Below, one piece after another: positions 38,825 through 52,299 of a DNA stretch of 64,000 nt (within the stretch, counting starts at the first letter, position 1; every line of letters begins with the position of its first letter). The position numbers and the translations under genes are program-made. Origin of the DNA: Marsupella aquatica (lineage: Eukaryota; Plantae; Marchantiophyta); the NCBI GenBank assembly GCA_973895155.1, contig OZ316895.1:24929538-24993537 (forward strand). The letters run 5' to 3'. The notes below the pieces were generated by a model. That model was not told the origin of the DNA, made no database searches, and worked only from the letters and a program-made list of their open reading frames with translations.

Positions 38825-41458
38825 ACCTCAGCGCCTACCCTTGCCCCATCGCCTCTATCTTAGAGCAAGATGAGCACCCGCATACGACTAATGTCTACCC
38901 AACACTCCCCCTTTCTATTTGGCCGCGCCAGCAGCCAGCCATGCATTTGCAGCAAGGTGCAAATTGGCATGACCAACATGACACAATAGTGTGAAGTATT
39001 TCGAGATCAAAATTCTTCTCGAATCTCCAATGTGTAAATGCGCACTCTGTACGGGGCGAAATACTTCTCCTTCAATGTCTGTCTAGGTTGTTTCGAGCTG
39101 CTGCAGTTGTACTCTTCCCTATAAGCTGTGCTCTTGTCATTGGAAATGGAATGTGATTTCGTGAATGCCTTCTGCATATGAGGGCTAGGGACATCTACGA
39201 TATTTTCTGTAGATGGCAATTTAGGAAAACATAAGAAATGATGGTGGATATGTGCTCCTGTGTCGTAATTGTTTTTGTTTAGCTACAAAATAATGTTCTG
39301 GACCTAATTCCGACTTTCTATCCAGTTGACTTGGTTTAGAAGATGCTATTGGCTTGGTGGTGCATAAAGATCAACGCAATAAACTATCTTCTGCTACAGT
39401 TTAGTTCCTGGCCATATCATGATCGTTTATTAAGATTAATGGAGTCCCTTACCATGTGAGAAATCAGTCGGTGCTTTCATCTCCACAAGATTTAGAGGTC
39501 TGTGTTTCTGAGGTGTTGTCAACACTATACTGCCATAGCAGCCCACTTATTATCCAAGGTTTCAGATTTCAAGCTGCCTGATTTTGGGGATTACTCCTCA
39601 TTGTGAATAAGAGCCTCGACGTTTCAGATTAGGTCGGTCGTGGTCTGCAGAATGCGGTGAAAACTACTTCTCTCCTCGTCTATAACGTTTGTAATCTAAG
39701 TTGAATCATTATTACTGGAACTCGGTCACTAGCCAATTTCAGAACAACCTTTCGTACGTGGGCGACTTCTTGCAGTATTATTGCAGAGTCTCAATCTGCT
39801 CTTCATTGAAATTAAGATGTGGGTACGATTCTTGCCTCAGCTCAAAACAAGGCAAATCAAACAAAACTTCTTGTCTGGAGACTCCAGACAGTACGATTAT
39901 GTAAGTGACAGCTCAAAACAAGGCAAATAATTACAGAGGCACTCATGAGATCGATAGGCATGGGGCCGGGTCCCATCTGGTGCCGCGAACGCTTCCCAAA
40001 AAAGGTTATTTTCCTAAATCATGGATCTGAACCTATTGGTGTAAGTATGGTTCGCGCTTGTCTTGCTGGTAGACGAGCTAGACTGCAGCGGCCGATGAGG
40101 ACGCAAAATTCCTTCATTTATGCCATCACAAATTGGCAAGCTGGTGTAGGGCTCTGAATCAATTGAGTAGCTAGACAAAGTGCCGTCAACCTGATCAAAA
40201 CTGGGGTCTCCAGTAAAATTACAAGGTGGGATTTGGAGTATGCCTAAGGTGCCGTGTTGTATTAATCCGAATGGCTACTAACTCCAGCCGTAAACTTATG
40301 TCTATTGATATGGACCTACTCTAAATGATCTGTACAAAGCTTTAGTCAAAATGCCCCTCATGTCCTTTAGTTCAAGGACGTTCTTAAGATATTCATAGGA
40401 CTATCTCTTTTCCGCATACACTTAACATAGAGTTTCGGATATCATCACAAGTCTACCTCAGTCACTGAGCTAGGACAAAATGTCAACAGAAGTGGTAGAG
40501 GCAAGACGTGTAAAATCCGTAAACATGCACCTTCAGTGAGGCAGACTTAGTTCAATTTTTCCTTCCGATCTGCTATGAAAGCTGGTTGGCAACCTGTCGC
40601 TTTAAGAGGACCAAGGCACTTTAGATCTTGATTTCACAAATTCTGATACAATTGACGCTGGTTTCTGATCATGGGGCACCGGCGAATGAAGGTGCAATGG
40701 TCCAGTAAAACAGACTGACCAACGACTCGATTTCTCCATTGGTGATAGCTTGAGAAGGAAACCCGCAGATAGTACTGCCAAATGTTACTAATTGACACAG
40801 AGGTCAGAATCGAGTTACAAATCTCAAAGTCTGATTTGTATCGCTCCTTGCTTTCCTGCCCAGCTGATCGTCCGTCAACAGAACGAGTACTGTAGTAGTA
40901 GCGATCTCTCAACAACACAACCCACCAGGCTTGGGAGAAGGTTACAGCTACTGTGAAGGAATAGCTCCCAAAACATGGTAAACACGTCACTCGTGATGTC
41001 GTGCAATCCAACTTTATAGCGGACAGCTAATGTGTCAATTGACTAAATTGAGCTTTTGTTTTAACGTCTTTTAGCAAAAAGGGAGTCATTCAGCGGGCGT
41101 TGGCTTTTGCTTTTTAAACCACGGCGAAAGACCAAAAAGAGTCATAAGCTCGGATGGGATGTTGAAAGAATCATGCATTCGTAGAGGATATCCATGTAAA
41201 CTTTTAAACTCCCATGTCATTCCAAAATGCACTTTGTGTGAAAATAAAGAATTCTTTACTCTAAATCTTTGTCATCCTAGTCAAAATGTATATTTTCATA
41301 AATCCCTGTAATCTTGGGAATTCTCGGACCATGTGAATTCATATAACACCGCTGTGTTGTATAGATTCATAAGACAAATGGTCAGTGGAACTTTAGGGTT
41401 CATAAAAGTTTAGAGACATAAAAGTGTGCTTTTGGTTCTCTCTGGCAAACTACAACTA

Positions 41459-42125
41459 TAATAGAAACAAGTAAGAAAGTGAAAATAGTAGGAGGAAATG
41501 TAGAATGTGAATTTGGTTTTTCTTTTCTACTTTTATATGTAATTCTTGTATGATTGAGTCCGGGTCAAACAGCCCCCTGCCTTGCAACATGAGTGCCGGA
41601 ATGCCCTCATCTCAATCATTAAAATGTAAGTGTCAAGATATATTAACTTTTTTGAGCTGCCCCCCTCCTTCTTTAGAAATAATATGATACCATAATAGAA
41701 ACAAGCAGGAGAGGGAAAACAGTAGGAGGAAATGTAGGATGTGAATTTGGTTTTTTTTCTTTCTACTTTTATATATAATTTTTGTATGATTGACTCCGGG
41801 TCAAACAGCCCCCTGCCTTGCAACATGAGTGCCGGAATGCCCTTATCTCAATTGTTAAATGCAAGTGTCAAAATGTGCCAACCTTTTCCAACCACCACCG
41901 CCCCCAGAAATATTGTGATACCCTAAGACGAAACAAGTACATGGGAAGGTGAAAATAATAGGAGGCAATAAAGGATGTGAATTTAATTCTTCCTTTAGAA
42001 CTACTTTTATATGTAATTCTTATCATAATTGAATCCAGGTGAAACAGCCCCCTGCCTTGCAACATGAGTGCTGGAATGCCCTCATGTCAATCATAAAATG
42101 CAAGTGTTAAGATGTACTAACCTTG
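41459..42125. repeat. Three diverged tandem copies of a ~235-bp unit
   Basis: GAAACAAG...TAGGAGG...GTGAATTT...CTACTTTTATAT...AAACAGCCCC(C)TGCCTTGCAACATGAGTGC.GGAATGCCCT x3. Confidence 0.9.
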
Positions 42126-43013
42126 TCAAGCCTTCCAGACCCGTTAGAAACAATGGCCAATTCTGCAATTCACTCTCCTTGTAATGGACCTACAAGCGGG
42201 CCTACAAGAATCAGACAGGGTATTCAAAAAAATCAGTTTCACATGTGCTTATTTCAATGGTCTGCATGGGTTGTGTCATGGCAAACCAAAATGGCTTAGA
42301 AGATTAGTTTGGACAACATTCAATAATTTGATGACTGGAGGTGTTCACGCAAATCAAGTGTAACTATGCCCTTGATGAGTTTGGATGCCCACCTATATAG
42401 AATCTCTACAGTTGTATCTTCAGCCCATGGGAAGCAAGTAACAAGCCCAATAAGGGTGATTTACTAAACAAGGTGAAGTTGCCTGTATGTTTCTTCTACA
42501 AAGTCATACAATGAATGCATACCACTAACCCCACAAGAATAAGACCATTTTCCGGACATCCACACCCACCCTTGTCCTTTGGGGTTTGCAACTTGTGGTT
42601 GGTGCCTCATCATCAAAGTGTTTGTTACTCTCAAGGGTACGTGTGCTGATCATGTCAATTCCACCTTTGAGTTGATTTGTTTGAGTTCTTCTATCTTGCA
42701 AAACCTCCCCATTTCAATATATCACCCCCATAACAAGTAACATGCCTTACCTTTCACACCTCAACATGCCCAATATTGCAAAGTCATGATGACAACATTC
42801 CATTTTTCAACGAGATTATGCCAAACCCTTACTCTTCTTGAAAGAATCGCTAAAATGACGTCAGAATCTGAATTTCAATACCAAATATAATGATGACCAG
42901 GCTAAATCCAAAATGACCATGGTGTCATCTCCACCCTACGAGCACTCACCACTTTGAGTAGCCCCTCCAAGCGCTCTCAGCTTGCCCCGGGAGAGCACAT
43001 CTACACAATAATT

Positions 43014-44405
43014 TTAATGTAATTTTTGCATCAGTCTGCTGAGGTTTTTATTCACGGTAATAGCTCCAACATATGCAGGATTCGATGTTTTCATTCTAAA
43101 GCCTGTACCATGAACAACATCGCTCCGAAATGCAAATAGATTTCCATCTCTAATTGGCAATCGAATTCCATACTCTGGAATTACAAAATCGATTGCTGAA
43201 AGGAAATGGTCAGGATGACTAGCATACGCTAAGGTGAAGTCAGTTGCATCATCATCAGCATGTGTTTGCACACAATAATCCTCACTTATATATAATTGGT
43301 AAGTACTAGGTCTAACATTCTCCCCTATCTGCTCTTCACTTCCATGATATTTGTCACCATCAGATGATAGTAAGTACGGATGAGAGTATTCCAAAAAACA
43401 CTCTATCATCTCTGGGCACCACCACATATAAAGCCCCAATATAATATCCATAAGTTCAATATGTGAATATTTATCGATCCACTTCTCAAAATCTTTGACA
43501 TCAAGGCAATCATCGAAAATGGTATTCATCTTCTTCTGGTGTGTGTAATAAGTCAAACGGCCACCCATGTAACTGCTATTCCAAGGACCATATCCTGTCA
43601 TGAAGCTGTCAAAAGCTTTTTTCCCCTCGCCTCTTTGAAATGGAGAATGAGCAACAAACAATGCACTCAAAAGTTTTCGAATGAATTGTAATGTTGTCAC
43701 TCCCAATATTTGTTGGTGCATAAGCATTGCTACAAGCCAAGGCTTTTTCCCTGACTTGTCGTAAAAGTAAACAATATTTTCAGATTTCTCTATCACTAGA
43801 AAATTTGATGGATAACGCTCAAATGTGAATGTAAGATTACTATGATTGGTTTTAGTCATGTCTTCATTCCAATTTCCCATTATCACTCCAGTCAATTTTT
43901 TCAGTTGTGATTTTGATATTTGTTGCACTTCTACTTGTGTTGAAGAGAATGTATTGTCAACTTTACAAGAAGCTACCCTCTCTACTTGTAAGGTACGGAG
44001 TTGGGATAGGTTAAGGATGTGAAATTTTCCCATGAATTTTTTCAATAGTGGAGGCAATTTTTGTCTCTGTTGATGATGATGAAAGATTTTCTCGGTTTGT
44101 TGAAGTGTTTGAAGAGGGAGAATTGGTGAAATTGCACTTCTGCAGTTGTTATACCCATTCAAAAATTTAGCTCTTGAAAAATTGGACACATTTATTTGTA
44201 AAATGTGTGTAACAAAATATACAAAAATATTTTCATTTTTTAAAATCCAATATAAAATAAATTGTTGTTTAGATTCACATAATTTGCTTAGATAATCCCA
44301 TATTGAACAAAATGTTATGATAGAAAATTCGGCGCCATATTCATGAAATTTATTTTCATTTTTTCTCCTCTCCCTTCGTTTATGGAGCATCTGCAAAATT
44401 GTCAA
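43014..44405 (-). CDS. 2OG-Fe(II) dioxygenase, TET/JBP-like, paralog 2 (open main exon of ~460 aa)
   Basis: C-terminal domain YQLYISEDYCVQTHADDD (HxD)...DFVIPEYGIRLPIRDGNLFAFRSDVVHGT (distal His). Collinear with 30604-32045. A TTTGCAG acceptor lies just before ATG ~44390 and a GTAAGT donor near 44630, so the 5' end is probably spliced. Confidence 0.78.
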   Translation of the reverse strand: MTILQMLHKRRERRKNENKFHEYGAEFSIITFCSIWDYLSKLCESKQQFILYWILKNENIFVYFVTHILQINVSNFSRAKFLNGYNNCRSAISPILPLQTLQQTEKIFHHHQQRQKLPPLLKKFMGKFHILNLSQLRTLQVERVASCKVDNTFSSTQVEVQQISKSQLKKLTGVIMGNWNEDMTKTNHSNLTFTFERYPSNFLVIEKSENIVYFYDKSGKKPWLVAMLMHQQILGVTTLQFIRKLLSALFVAHSPFQRGEGKKAFDSFMTGYGPWNSSYMGGRLTYYTHQKKMNTIFDDCLDVKDFEKWIDKYSHIELMDIILGLYMWWCPEMIECFLEYSHPYLLSSDGDKYHGSEEQIGENVRPSTYQLYISEDYCVQTHADDDATDFTLAYASHPDHFLSAIDFVIPEYGIRLPIRDGNLFAFRSDVVHGTGFRMKTSNPAYVGAITVNKNLSRLMQKLH

Positions 44406-45396
44406 ATTGCATTTTTGTGTCAGTACTAATCAAATTGTTTTCCAAACTTTTTAAATAAAACTGTTACACTATTAAATATAGTAAATATTTATTACCAATC
44501 AGAATTTTGATTAAAAAATTAATATAAACTTGTAATAATATAATATTTTTTAGTTACTTAAATCCATAATGTCTATTATATTAATAATTTTTTTAAAAAT
44601 GATTGAAAAAAATAGATATTATGTTACTTACTTGAGTGGGTTGTGGAAATGTCATTTTTTGGATTTTTGAAGAATAAAACTTGTAGAAAAATACACGGTC
44701 AATGTGTCTGCACAGATCTCATTGAAATATGAATTGCAAAGATTAGATAGAAACTCCAACTCCCCGGCTCACCTCAACCTTGCTCTAGTAGAAGCACCAA
44801 TTGAGGTTTTTCAATGTAACGTTGCACCACACATATAAATTGGACCTATTGCACCCACCAGAATGTAATTTCAAAATGTGGGGAGAAGTCCATGCCTCTT
44901 GAAGTCCAGGTCATCAAACTCAATGACGAGATATAATTATTTCTCACTATAGATGCACAACATCCTGCAATGTAGAAGAAGGACAAAACCTCAGATCAAT
45001 GATCAATAAAAATTGAACTATAGCCCTCAAGACTAGTCATTTTTTCTTGAAGCCTTAATTTACACACAATGAGAACCTAGTTTCCCCTGAATATGGCAAG
45101 CATTTCTCAGCCTTATCTCGGGACAGATTGAAGGCAGCTTCCGACCACGAAAGTCAACAAAACTGCCTATGAGCCATCCGTACCTATAAAGATCCGCCAT
45201 ATATAGACCCTCTTCACAGCTTTATAGAATCACTCATTGTCGGAACACACAAGTCAATCTGCACCGATCTGCCTACTACCGCAGCCACAATAGTGTGCTA
45301 GAATTCACCGTGAAGTACTGGATTGGCTCCACTCTAATTCGTGCCTTACTCGAGACATGAGAAACGGAAAAATTGACGCGTCTAGTTTCGTCTCAC

Positions 45397-45625
45397 CTTG
45401 TTTAAGTAAGCAATGTTGACAACCGGGTCGAGAAGGTACCGGAGGAATGCATCCAATGTGAAGGAGTGCTTCGCTTTCATCAATATCGTATTCTCGTGAG
45501 CCATCTGCTCATTGATGATCTTCTCGGCATCACCCAATGTAACCTCGGTTTCACCTTGCTCTGCGTTCAGAAACTCTTTTAACTTCGCCGGGACAATGAC
45601 ATCATTCTCTGCATACTTACGCATG
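45397..45625 (-). pseudogene. Exon fragment of phosphoinositide-specific phospholipase C (EF-hand-like N-terminal domain)
   Basis: Reads KYAENDVIVPAKLKEFLNAEQGETEVTLGDAEKII...FTLDAFLRYLLDPVVN and ends at a GTGAG donor. No X/Y catalytic exons nearby. Confidence 0.8.
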
Positions 45626-46524
45626 CGATCAAATTGCCTCTTTGCTAATTGAACCATTGTCCATCAATCTCTCCTCCTATACAAGCTCGGAGGATCCATC
45701 TCTATCCTGCCCACAGGACTCTAGGGGGAGGCACAACAGAATGGAGGGAAGATATTACATTCGAACTAGAGAAGGGAGAACTCACCACAAGGATCTGTTG
45801 GCAGCAGCAGTCGATACAAAGCAGCAGTCGATACAAAGTCGATCTAACCAGACGAGCGACAAGTACACATGTTAGAGACTCCTCGATGAAGCTCAAGACG
45901 ACAAGACTGGTAACAAGCCCAATTGAAAAACTCAAGCTGCGATAGTCCAACGAGAAGCAAAACGATGAAGAAATGAAGGCGGGACCCCACGAGCCAGAGA
46001 ATGGTGATGCCAGGCGGGGCTGTTCAGTGGTGATTGAGCTCCCGCGTCGGCATGCATCCCTTCTATCTCTCAAGTGCTGCCGGTGGTTTGTTGCCCCCCA
46101 ATGATCTGCGAAGGCGATGAGACTCTGAGCATCGGTTGCTTGAGTCTACAGGAATGAATGGTTTGCTTAAGAGGTCACGTGTAAAGTCAATACTGTGCTG
46201 AGCTTTGGAAAATTTGGCGGAGTAGTTAGGGATCGCGATGCTGTTGGGTCACTGAGACTTGTCGGAGTAATGTTGTAGCAAGCCAATGTGATTAGAACTT
46301 GATACCGATGATAGACGGATGCTATGGTACAGAACCTTAGCCGATTTGAGCAGGGGAAAGACATGATACTTCGGTAGGAGGTGCGCCACTAAAGTATACA
46401 GGACAGTACAACAACTCGCAGTGACCCCATGCCTACCTACTATCAAACAAGCCCGAGGTAGTCAGCAGCTTTGGATGCTGAGCCAAAGGGAGCAACAGCA
46501 GGCAAAGACTGACATAATACTAAA

Positions 46525-46812
46525 GCTGATTTGATCCACCTGGCTGCTCAGTCGGTGCACATTCATTCGAGCTGCAATTCGAAAGTGCGGGGGCAAGGAG
46601 GAAAAGGGGCTACAGCTGTACAGTGCCGGATCAAATGGGCAATGGGGACAGTTCGATAAACAGCTGGGACAAGCAGGTGCTACGGGGCCGGACCCAGAGG
46701 GCAGAGTTCCCATCTGGGACAAAGCATGCTCACATAAGTGCAAGATTTGCATAGCTTGGAATCAAGCCTCAGTATGTAGCCGCTCTGTCAGCTTTCTTGG
46801 GGCCTGATCAAG
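46525..46812 (+). pseudogene. TL29: Fragment of thylakoid lumenal 29-kDa protein (TL29/APX4-like)
   Basis: Across frameshifts reads ADLIHLAAQS...FIRAAIRKCGGKEEKGLQLYSA-GSNGQWGQFDKQLG...GPDPEGRVPIWDKA...LGIKPQYVAALSAFLGPDQ, matching remembered TL29/APX4 motifs. Confidence 0.8.
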
Positions 46813-47609
46813 GTTGGTTCACACTAGGACTGCCACGACGTAAGTTTGCACTCTGGACAGTAGCTCTGGGAACAAGGAGCTGTGCTTGGCTGGAGCACCA
46901 GAGCGATTGTGATGCCATCGGCTATCTCTAGGTGAGAGAAACAATCACGTCCTGTCATAAATGTCCCCCCGGGAAAGAAAGGGCAACTTTCAGCACTATG
47001 GTTCTGTACTAGGACCTGCTACAAATTTACAAAAATAGTTAACCTCCGCTGATCATTATTCCGCTTTTGATGGGCTGATACAAACCACTGTCGTTGAATT
47101 GGCCTCCAAACAGGACCTACAACGTTGTTTTGTCATCACTGCTACATCGCGATCGGCCTTCACTAGATATCCCTTCCAATTTGTTCTAGATGCTAATTAA
47201 TCATCGACGCTGAGTTTTGCGAGGCTGAGCTTTGCCAACGATTAGGAGTAGATAATGTACGGCAGATGCTCAAACTTGCTCGGAAGTTTGCAGCAACTAA
47301 ATTTGAAGAGGAAACCGAGAAGCTCTTCAGGGAACACTTTGACATCCTGAAGACTAATGTGTTTGATGTTTTGGAAGGACTTCATTATGATTCGGAAGGC
47401 TCACATGATGGTGAAGTCGTTTCAGGTCAAAAATCATTTGTGGATCTTTGTCAACTCACTCATTCACAATCCGTCATTCGACTCTCAAACCAGAGAGATC
47501 TTGACATCTCGTCAGGGCAGCTTCGGGTCAAAATGTGAACTATCGCCAGAGTTCTCGAAGAAAGATGAAGCGCTTCCGATTGCAGCTCAAAAGGCAGCAG
47601 CAGAGACAA

Positions 47610-47645
47610 GGAGAGGAGAGGAGAGGAGAGGAGAGGAGAGGAGAG
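47610..47645. repeat. (GGAGA)n microsatellite
   Basis: About 7 tandem GGAGA units. Confidence 0.9.
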
Positions 47646-48259
47646 AGGCATTCAATCCATTCCAATCGTCGTTGGGTATCAAACGCCTGTTGCTGCCCAA
47701 TTGTTTATTCTAAGCTCAGCTTTGCTGGGTCCAACATTATTCGGAGTGACAGATTAGGGTCTATGGCATCACCACTGCAATCACCTTGGTAGACATTGAC
47801 ATCCAAGTAGGAGCAGCCTGGTGGAAACGAGGCCGACAGAAAGTGCCTTAGGGCCCCTGTCCATATGTCGGGTAGTGGTAGCTTCACATCAAAAAGCAAT
47901 ATGTAGGGACTTTGAAGGAAGAAGAATCGCAGCAACTCACTCATTGCTCTGATTCATTTGAGAGATTTCGTTCATTCCTTGAAAGATGCTTGTTTAATTG
48001 GGTCGATACTCACTGAAAAGCACAAGCGTTATGATCAGTCTTCTTCCATTCTAGCACAATTTAGACTTGACCAATTAGCGGTAGGTTAGTTATAATAGAA
48101 AAGGGCCTTACTGACATCAGATTCCATGTGTGCTCTGTGAAGCTCGTGTCCAGTGGTCATGTGGGCCCGTCTAAGTAGAAACATACAATTTCTCAGGCTA
48201 TTATACTATATAACCCTAACCCACTCAGATCGGTGATTTACTAAATGTTTGCAATGTTT

Positions 48260-48486
48260 GATGTGTATCCCCCACCACAAATTCATGGATCTTGTTATGA
48301 ACTTCGATCCAGCTACGTCCAGGCTCCTTCCGAACACCTCTCTGTTGCATCATAGTGCGCACAGATGACACCTTCTTCCACTTCCCAGCTGCAGCATAGA
48401 TATTGGAGAGCAGCACATATGTATAGGGCTTACCGGGTTCCAACTTGAAAAGCTTGTTAGCGGCCAGTTCACCCAGCTCCACGTTT
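48260..48486 (-). pseudogene. E/E+ domain fragment of a PLS-class (DYW-type) PPR RNA-editing factor
   Basis: Reads NVELGELAANKLFKLEPGKPYTYVLLSNIYAAAGKWKKVSSVRTMMQQRGVRKEPGRSWIEVHNKIHEFVVGDTH. No PPR array or DYW domain adjacent. Confidence 0.9.
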
Positions 48487-48824
48487 GAAACTGCAGAGTT
48501 CAGCAGCAAAACCGTGGGCGTGACAGGAGACAGTTAATTCGTGAGCAAAGGATGCGAGTTGCTCATAACGGCTGCACAATACATGGTTTGAAAATGTCGC
48601 TAGATTTCGGTCTTCCCACGCGCAGTACAAAGGAGAGCAGCGCCACAGCAGCTTGTTGCCAATTCTGCAGCTGATGAGGGATCATTTGATCCAATCATGA
48701 GAGAGTCATCAACAAACGCAGAAATGGCGCTCTTGAGGAAATCACGTCCTATTGCTCGGAGGTCTCCGTATTCACCTATTTCACAGCATTGTAAAAACGT
48801 CCGGGCAGCGACTGGAGGCTAGCT

Positions 48825-51606
48825 ATGGGTTTCATGTCTGGTGCATTTACTTCTTGGCGGAGTGGCAAGCACAGGGGCAGTGCCGCTCATCAGCGACGAT
48901 GTAATGGCTCTGCTTGTTTTCAAGCGATCCCAACTCGGTGCTTAGTTCTTGGAATGACAACGACTCCAACCCATGCAAGTGGAACGGAGTTATCTGCAGA
49001 CCGAGCAGTGGCAGAGTCACACAGTTGAATCTGGTAGGACTCTCTCTTTTGGGGTCAATCGGGAGAGCTCTGCTGAAGCTAGACTAGCTGGAGAGTGTCA
49101 ACTTGGCTTATAACAACTTCTCCGGCATCATCAACCCAGAGCTTGCCCAGATTCCAAAGCTGGGATCGATGAACTTTAGTCACAACGCCCTCAGCGGTAC
49201 CATACCGTCTGAATTTGGCAATGCTGGAAGCCTCTACTCCCTTGATCTGTCCAATAATGGTCTCTCGGGACCACTCCCTCCGCAGATCTTTTCAAACGAT
49301 TGCCAGAGCTTGCGGTACATCTCTGTGGCTAATAACCGGCTTAAGGGCCCGATACCTCTCTCTGTTGGCTCTTGCTTGGAACTGCAGGAACTGAACTTCT
49401 CTTCTAATTCTTTCTCTGGCAGGTTTGCAAACTATGGACCTTTCCTACAATTCTCTCTCAAGCCAAATTCCAGTGGGTGTTGGTTTCTTGACCAATCTGA
49501 CTTCCCTGAGTCTCCAGGGAAATGGCTTTTCAGGGCAAGTCCCCTCAGAGCTTGGCAACTGTGGGCTCCTGCAGGAACTCGTTCTGAACTCGAACCACTT
49601 CTCTGGCGAGCTGCCACTCCAGCTGGGCAACTTGAGGTTTCTCTCCGTACTTTGACTTGGGTTGGAACTATTTATCCGGTAGCATCCCGTCTTGGCTCTT
49701 CAACATGATATGTTTGACATCGCTCAATTTGGCTGGGAACCAATTTGGAGGCCAGATCCCTTCGTCTTTCCGGTCCCTGCAGACGCTGGAGACCATCGAC
49801 CTCAGTTGGAATAACCTCACTGGGAACATTCCCCTCAAGCTGACTACTCTTCCGCGGGTGATCCGTCTGTCCAACAATTTCTTCACTGGAGGTGTTCCCG
49901 ATTACTCTTCAAATGGCGGCTGTCAAAATCTACAGTGGCTGGACCTATCTCACAATGGCCTTTCCGGTGCTGTTCCCCCCAATCTTTCGTCCTGCTCCAG
50001 CCTCCACTATTTGAGCTTATCCGGAAACATGCTAGCGTCGTATGTTCCAATTGACTTCGATTCTCTGTCTTTTCTGGCTGTCCTTGACCTCAGCGACAAC
50101 TATGTGATCGGCACCATTCCCGCCAGCTTAGGAAACGCTCCTTCAACTCGAATATTGCGGCTTAATGGCAATTTTCTCAATGGCTCCTTGCCAGGCGAGC
50201 TTGGCAATGCGACTTCTCTTGTAGACTTGAATATTGCTCAAAACAATTTGACAGGACCGATTCCGAACGAATTAGGCCGGCTCGTAAACCTGGAGTTTCT
50301 GGACCTCTCGATCAATTTCTTTACGGGACAGATACCAGACGATCTGGGCCAACTGCAAAATCTTCAAGCGATAAATGTCTCTCATAATCAATTGCAGGGT
50401 CCTATACCCACTGGTGGTGTCTTTAATCATACGAACACCTCTGTGTTTGACCAGGATACGGGGCTCTGTGGATCAGCTATCAACCTCTCGTGTTCAACAT
50501 TTCCCAACCCACTCATCATAAATCCAAACGACCCGAATTCACAGCCAGGAGGCCTCTCTCCCCTGTTCAAGAGCAAGAGAAGTCAGACTATATTGAGCGT
50601 CTCGGCTATTACGTCTATTTCGGCTGCAGCGGCTATTGCTTTGGGAGTGATTATGGTCACTCTATTAAACATGTACACCCAGACGAGGCGCAGGTTGAAT
50701 GTCTGCACCGTCGACAGCGATCCTCAATCTCCAAATACCGCTGAGATGGCAATGGGGAAATTGGTGATGTTCACTCGGAAAAGTGACCCCAAGTCGGATT
50801 ACTGGATGACAAGCACACACGCAATATTCAACAAAGACTGTGAGATTGGCAGGGGCGGTTTTGGAACCGTGTTCAAAGCCGTTTTGGCGCATGGCGAGAC
50901 TGTTGCTATGAAGAAGCTGATGGTGGGGAGGCTTGTTAAGACCCGCGACGATTTTGAAAAGGTCGTTCATATGCTCGGAAATGTTAGGCACCCACATCTT
51001 GTAAGCTTGCAAGGCTATTACTGGACAGAGAAACTACAGCTTCTGGTCTATGACTACCTCCAGAATGGTAACTTGTACAGCCAACTGCACGAAAGGCGAG
51101 AAGATGAGCCCCCATTGAGCTGGCGCGTGAGATTTAAAGATTGCCCTAGGTACAGCTAACGGGCTTGCTCACCTTCACCATGGATGTACCCCACAACTCA
51201 TACATTACGACATTACGATGTGAAATCCCAATATTCTACTCGATGAAGAGTACGAGGCACGTCTATCAGATTACTCTCTCGCCAAGCTTCTACCAAAGCT
51301 GGACTCCTACGTGATGAGCAGTAAAATGCAGAGTGCCTTGGGCTATATGGCACCAGAGTTTGCATGTCAAAGCCTGAAAATTACAGAGAAGTGCGATGTG
51401 TATGGGTTTGGAGTTTTGCTACTGGAGCTTGTTACAGGAAGACGGCCCGTAGAGTATATGGAAGATGATGTTGTAATATTGTGTGATTTTGTTTGTGCTC
51501 TGCTGGACGAAGGTCGGGTCCTTTTCTGTGTTGACCCGAAGCTTCGCCTTTTCCCTGAAGACGAAGTTCTTCCCATCATCAAACTTGGTCTTATTTGCAC
51601 ATCACA
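48825..51606 (+). pseudogene. LRR receptor-like kinase, LRR-VII (IRK/PXC2-like), multiply frameshifted and 3'-truncated
   Basis: Plant LRR repeats (LDLSxNxLxGxIP), TM LSVSAITSISAAAAIALGVIMVTLLN, kinase KDCEIGRGGFGTV...SSKMQSALGYMAPEFACQSLKITEKCDVYGFGVLLLELVTGRRPVEYMEDDVVILCD. Frameshifts near 48920-49000, 49420, 49655 and 51140-51230. Confidence 0.93.
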
Positions 51607-52142
51607 AAGCCCTAAACGGTTTAAGGTGATGTGCAAATAAGCGGCGTAAGGTGCCTGCAATGTTTTTCTCTAATAGGATAGGTAAACCAATTGTGAATTC
51701 ATCCCCGCCAAGCAATGGATTGGGTCTCCTGAATGGAAATATTGCTGGACCTACAAATAGATGGACCCCGAGTAGTCCAGGCATTCCAAGGGCGGACGTC
51801 CTAGAGGCTCGTAAGCGACCACAACAAGCAGATGTTTCTTTCGGTCATGTAAATGGAATCTCTGATAAACCAACCGTGAAGAAGAATGGCAGCAGTAGAC
51901 TAGGATCTGTGAATGGGAATGCTGAACTAGTAGATAGGAATGAAGAGCAATTGCATGAAACAGAGAGCAAGAGCTTAGAGAAAGTAGCAGTTGAGGATAA
52001 TGCATCATTTTACAGAGCTCCTGATAATAGTACGTCAGAGGAAGTTGACAAACCAGTCAGAGTGGAAGGTGACATGTGTGCATCTACCACCGGAGTGGTC
52101 CGCCTTCAATCGAGAAAGAAGGCAGAGATGTTCCTGGTACGA
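51607..52142 (+). pseudogene. NADK2: Internal fragment of chloroplast NAD kinase 2-like gene fused to the RLK pseudogene
   Basis: Ends in VEGDMCASTTGVVRLQSRKKAEMFLVR, the conserved segment that precedes the kinase domain of plant NADK2. Confidence 0.75.
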
Positions 52143-52299
52143 AAGTATAGACTACTTGAAAACCATCCTGAAAGTGAAGAATTCACAAAAAAATTGCTGT
52201 AATATAACATACTCGACACCCCCTAACACTTGACGTGCATTTTCTGAAATGACAGAGATAAGACTTGTCTTGTCAGCATGGGTTCTCTACGAGGGACCA

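Noticed and set aside
47266-47944. Exon-like ORFs (MLKLARKFAATK...; PLPDIWTGALRH...)
   Set aside because: They may be captured fragments, but I recognised no family, so they were not annotated.
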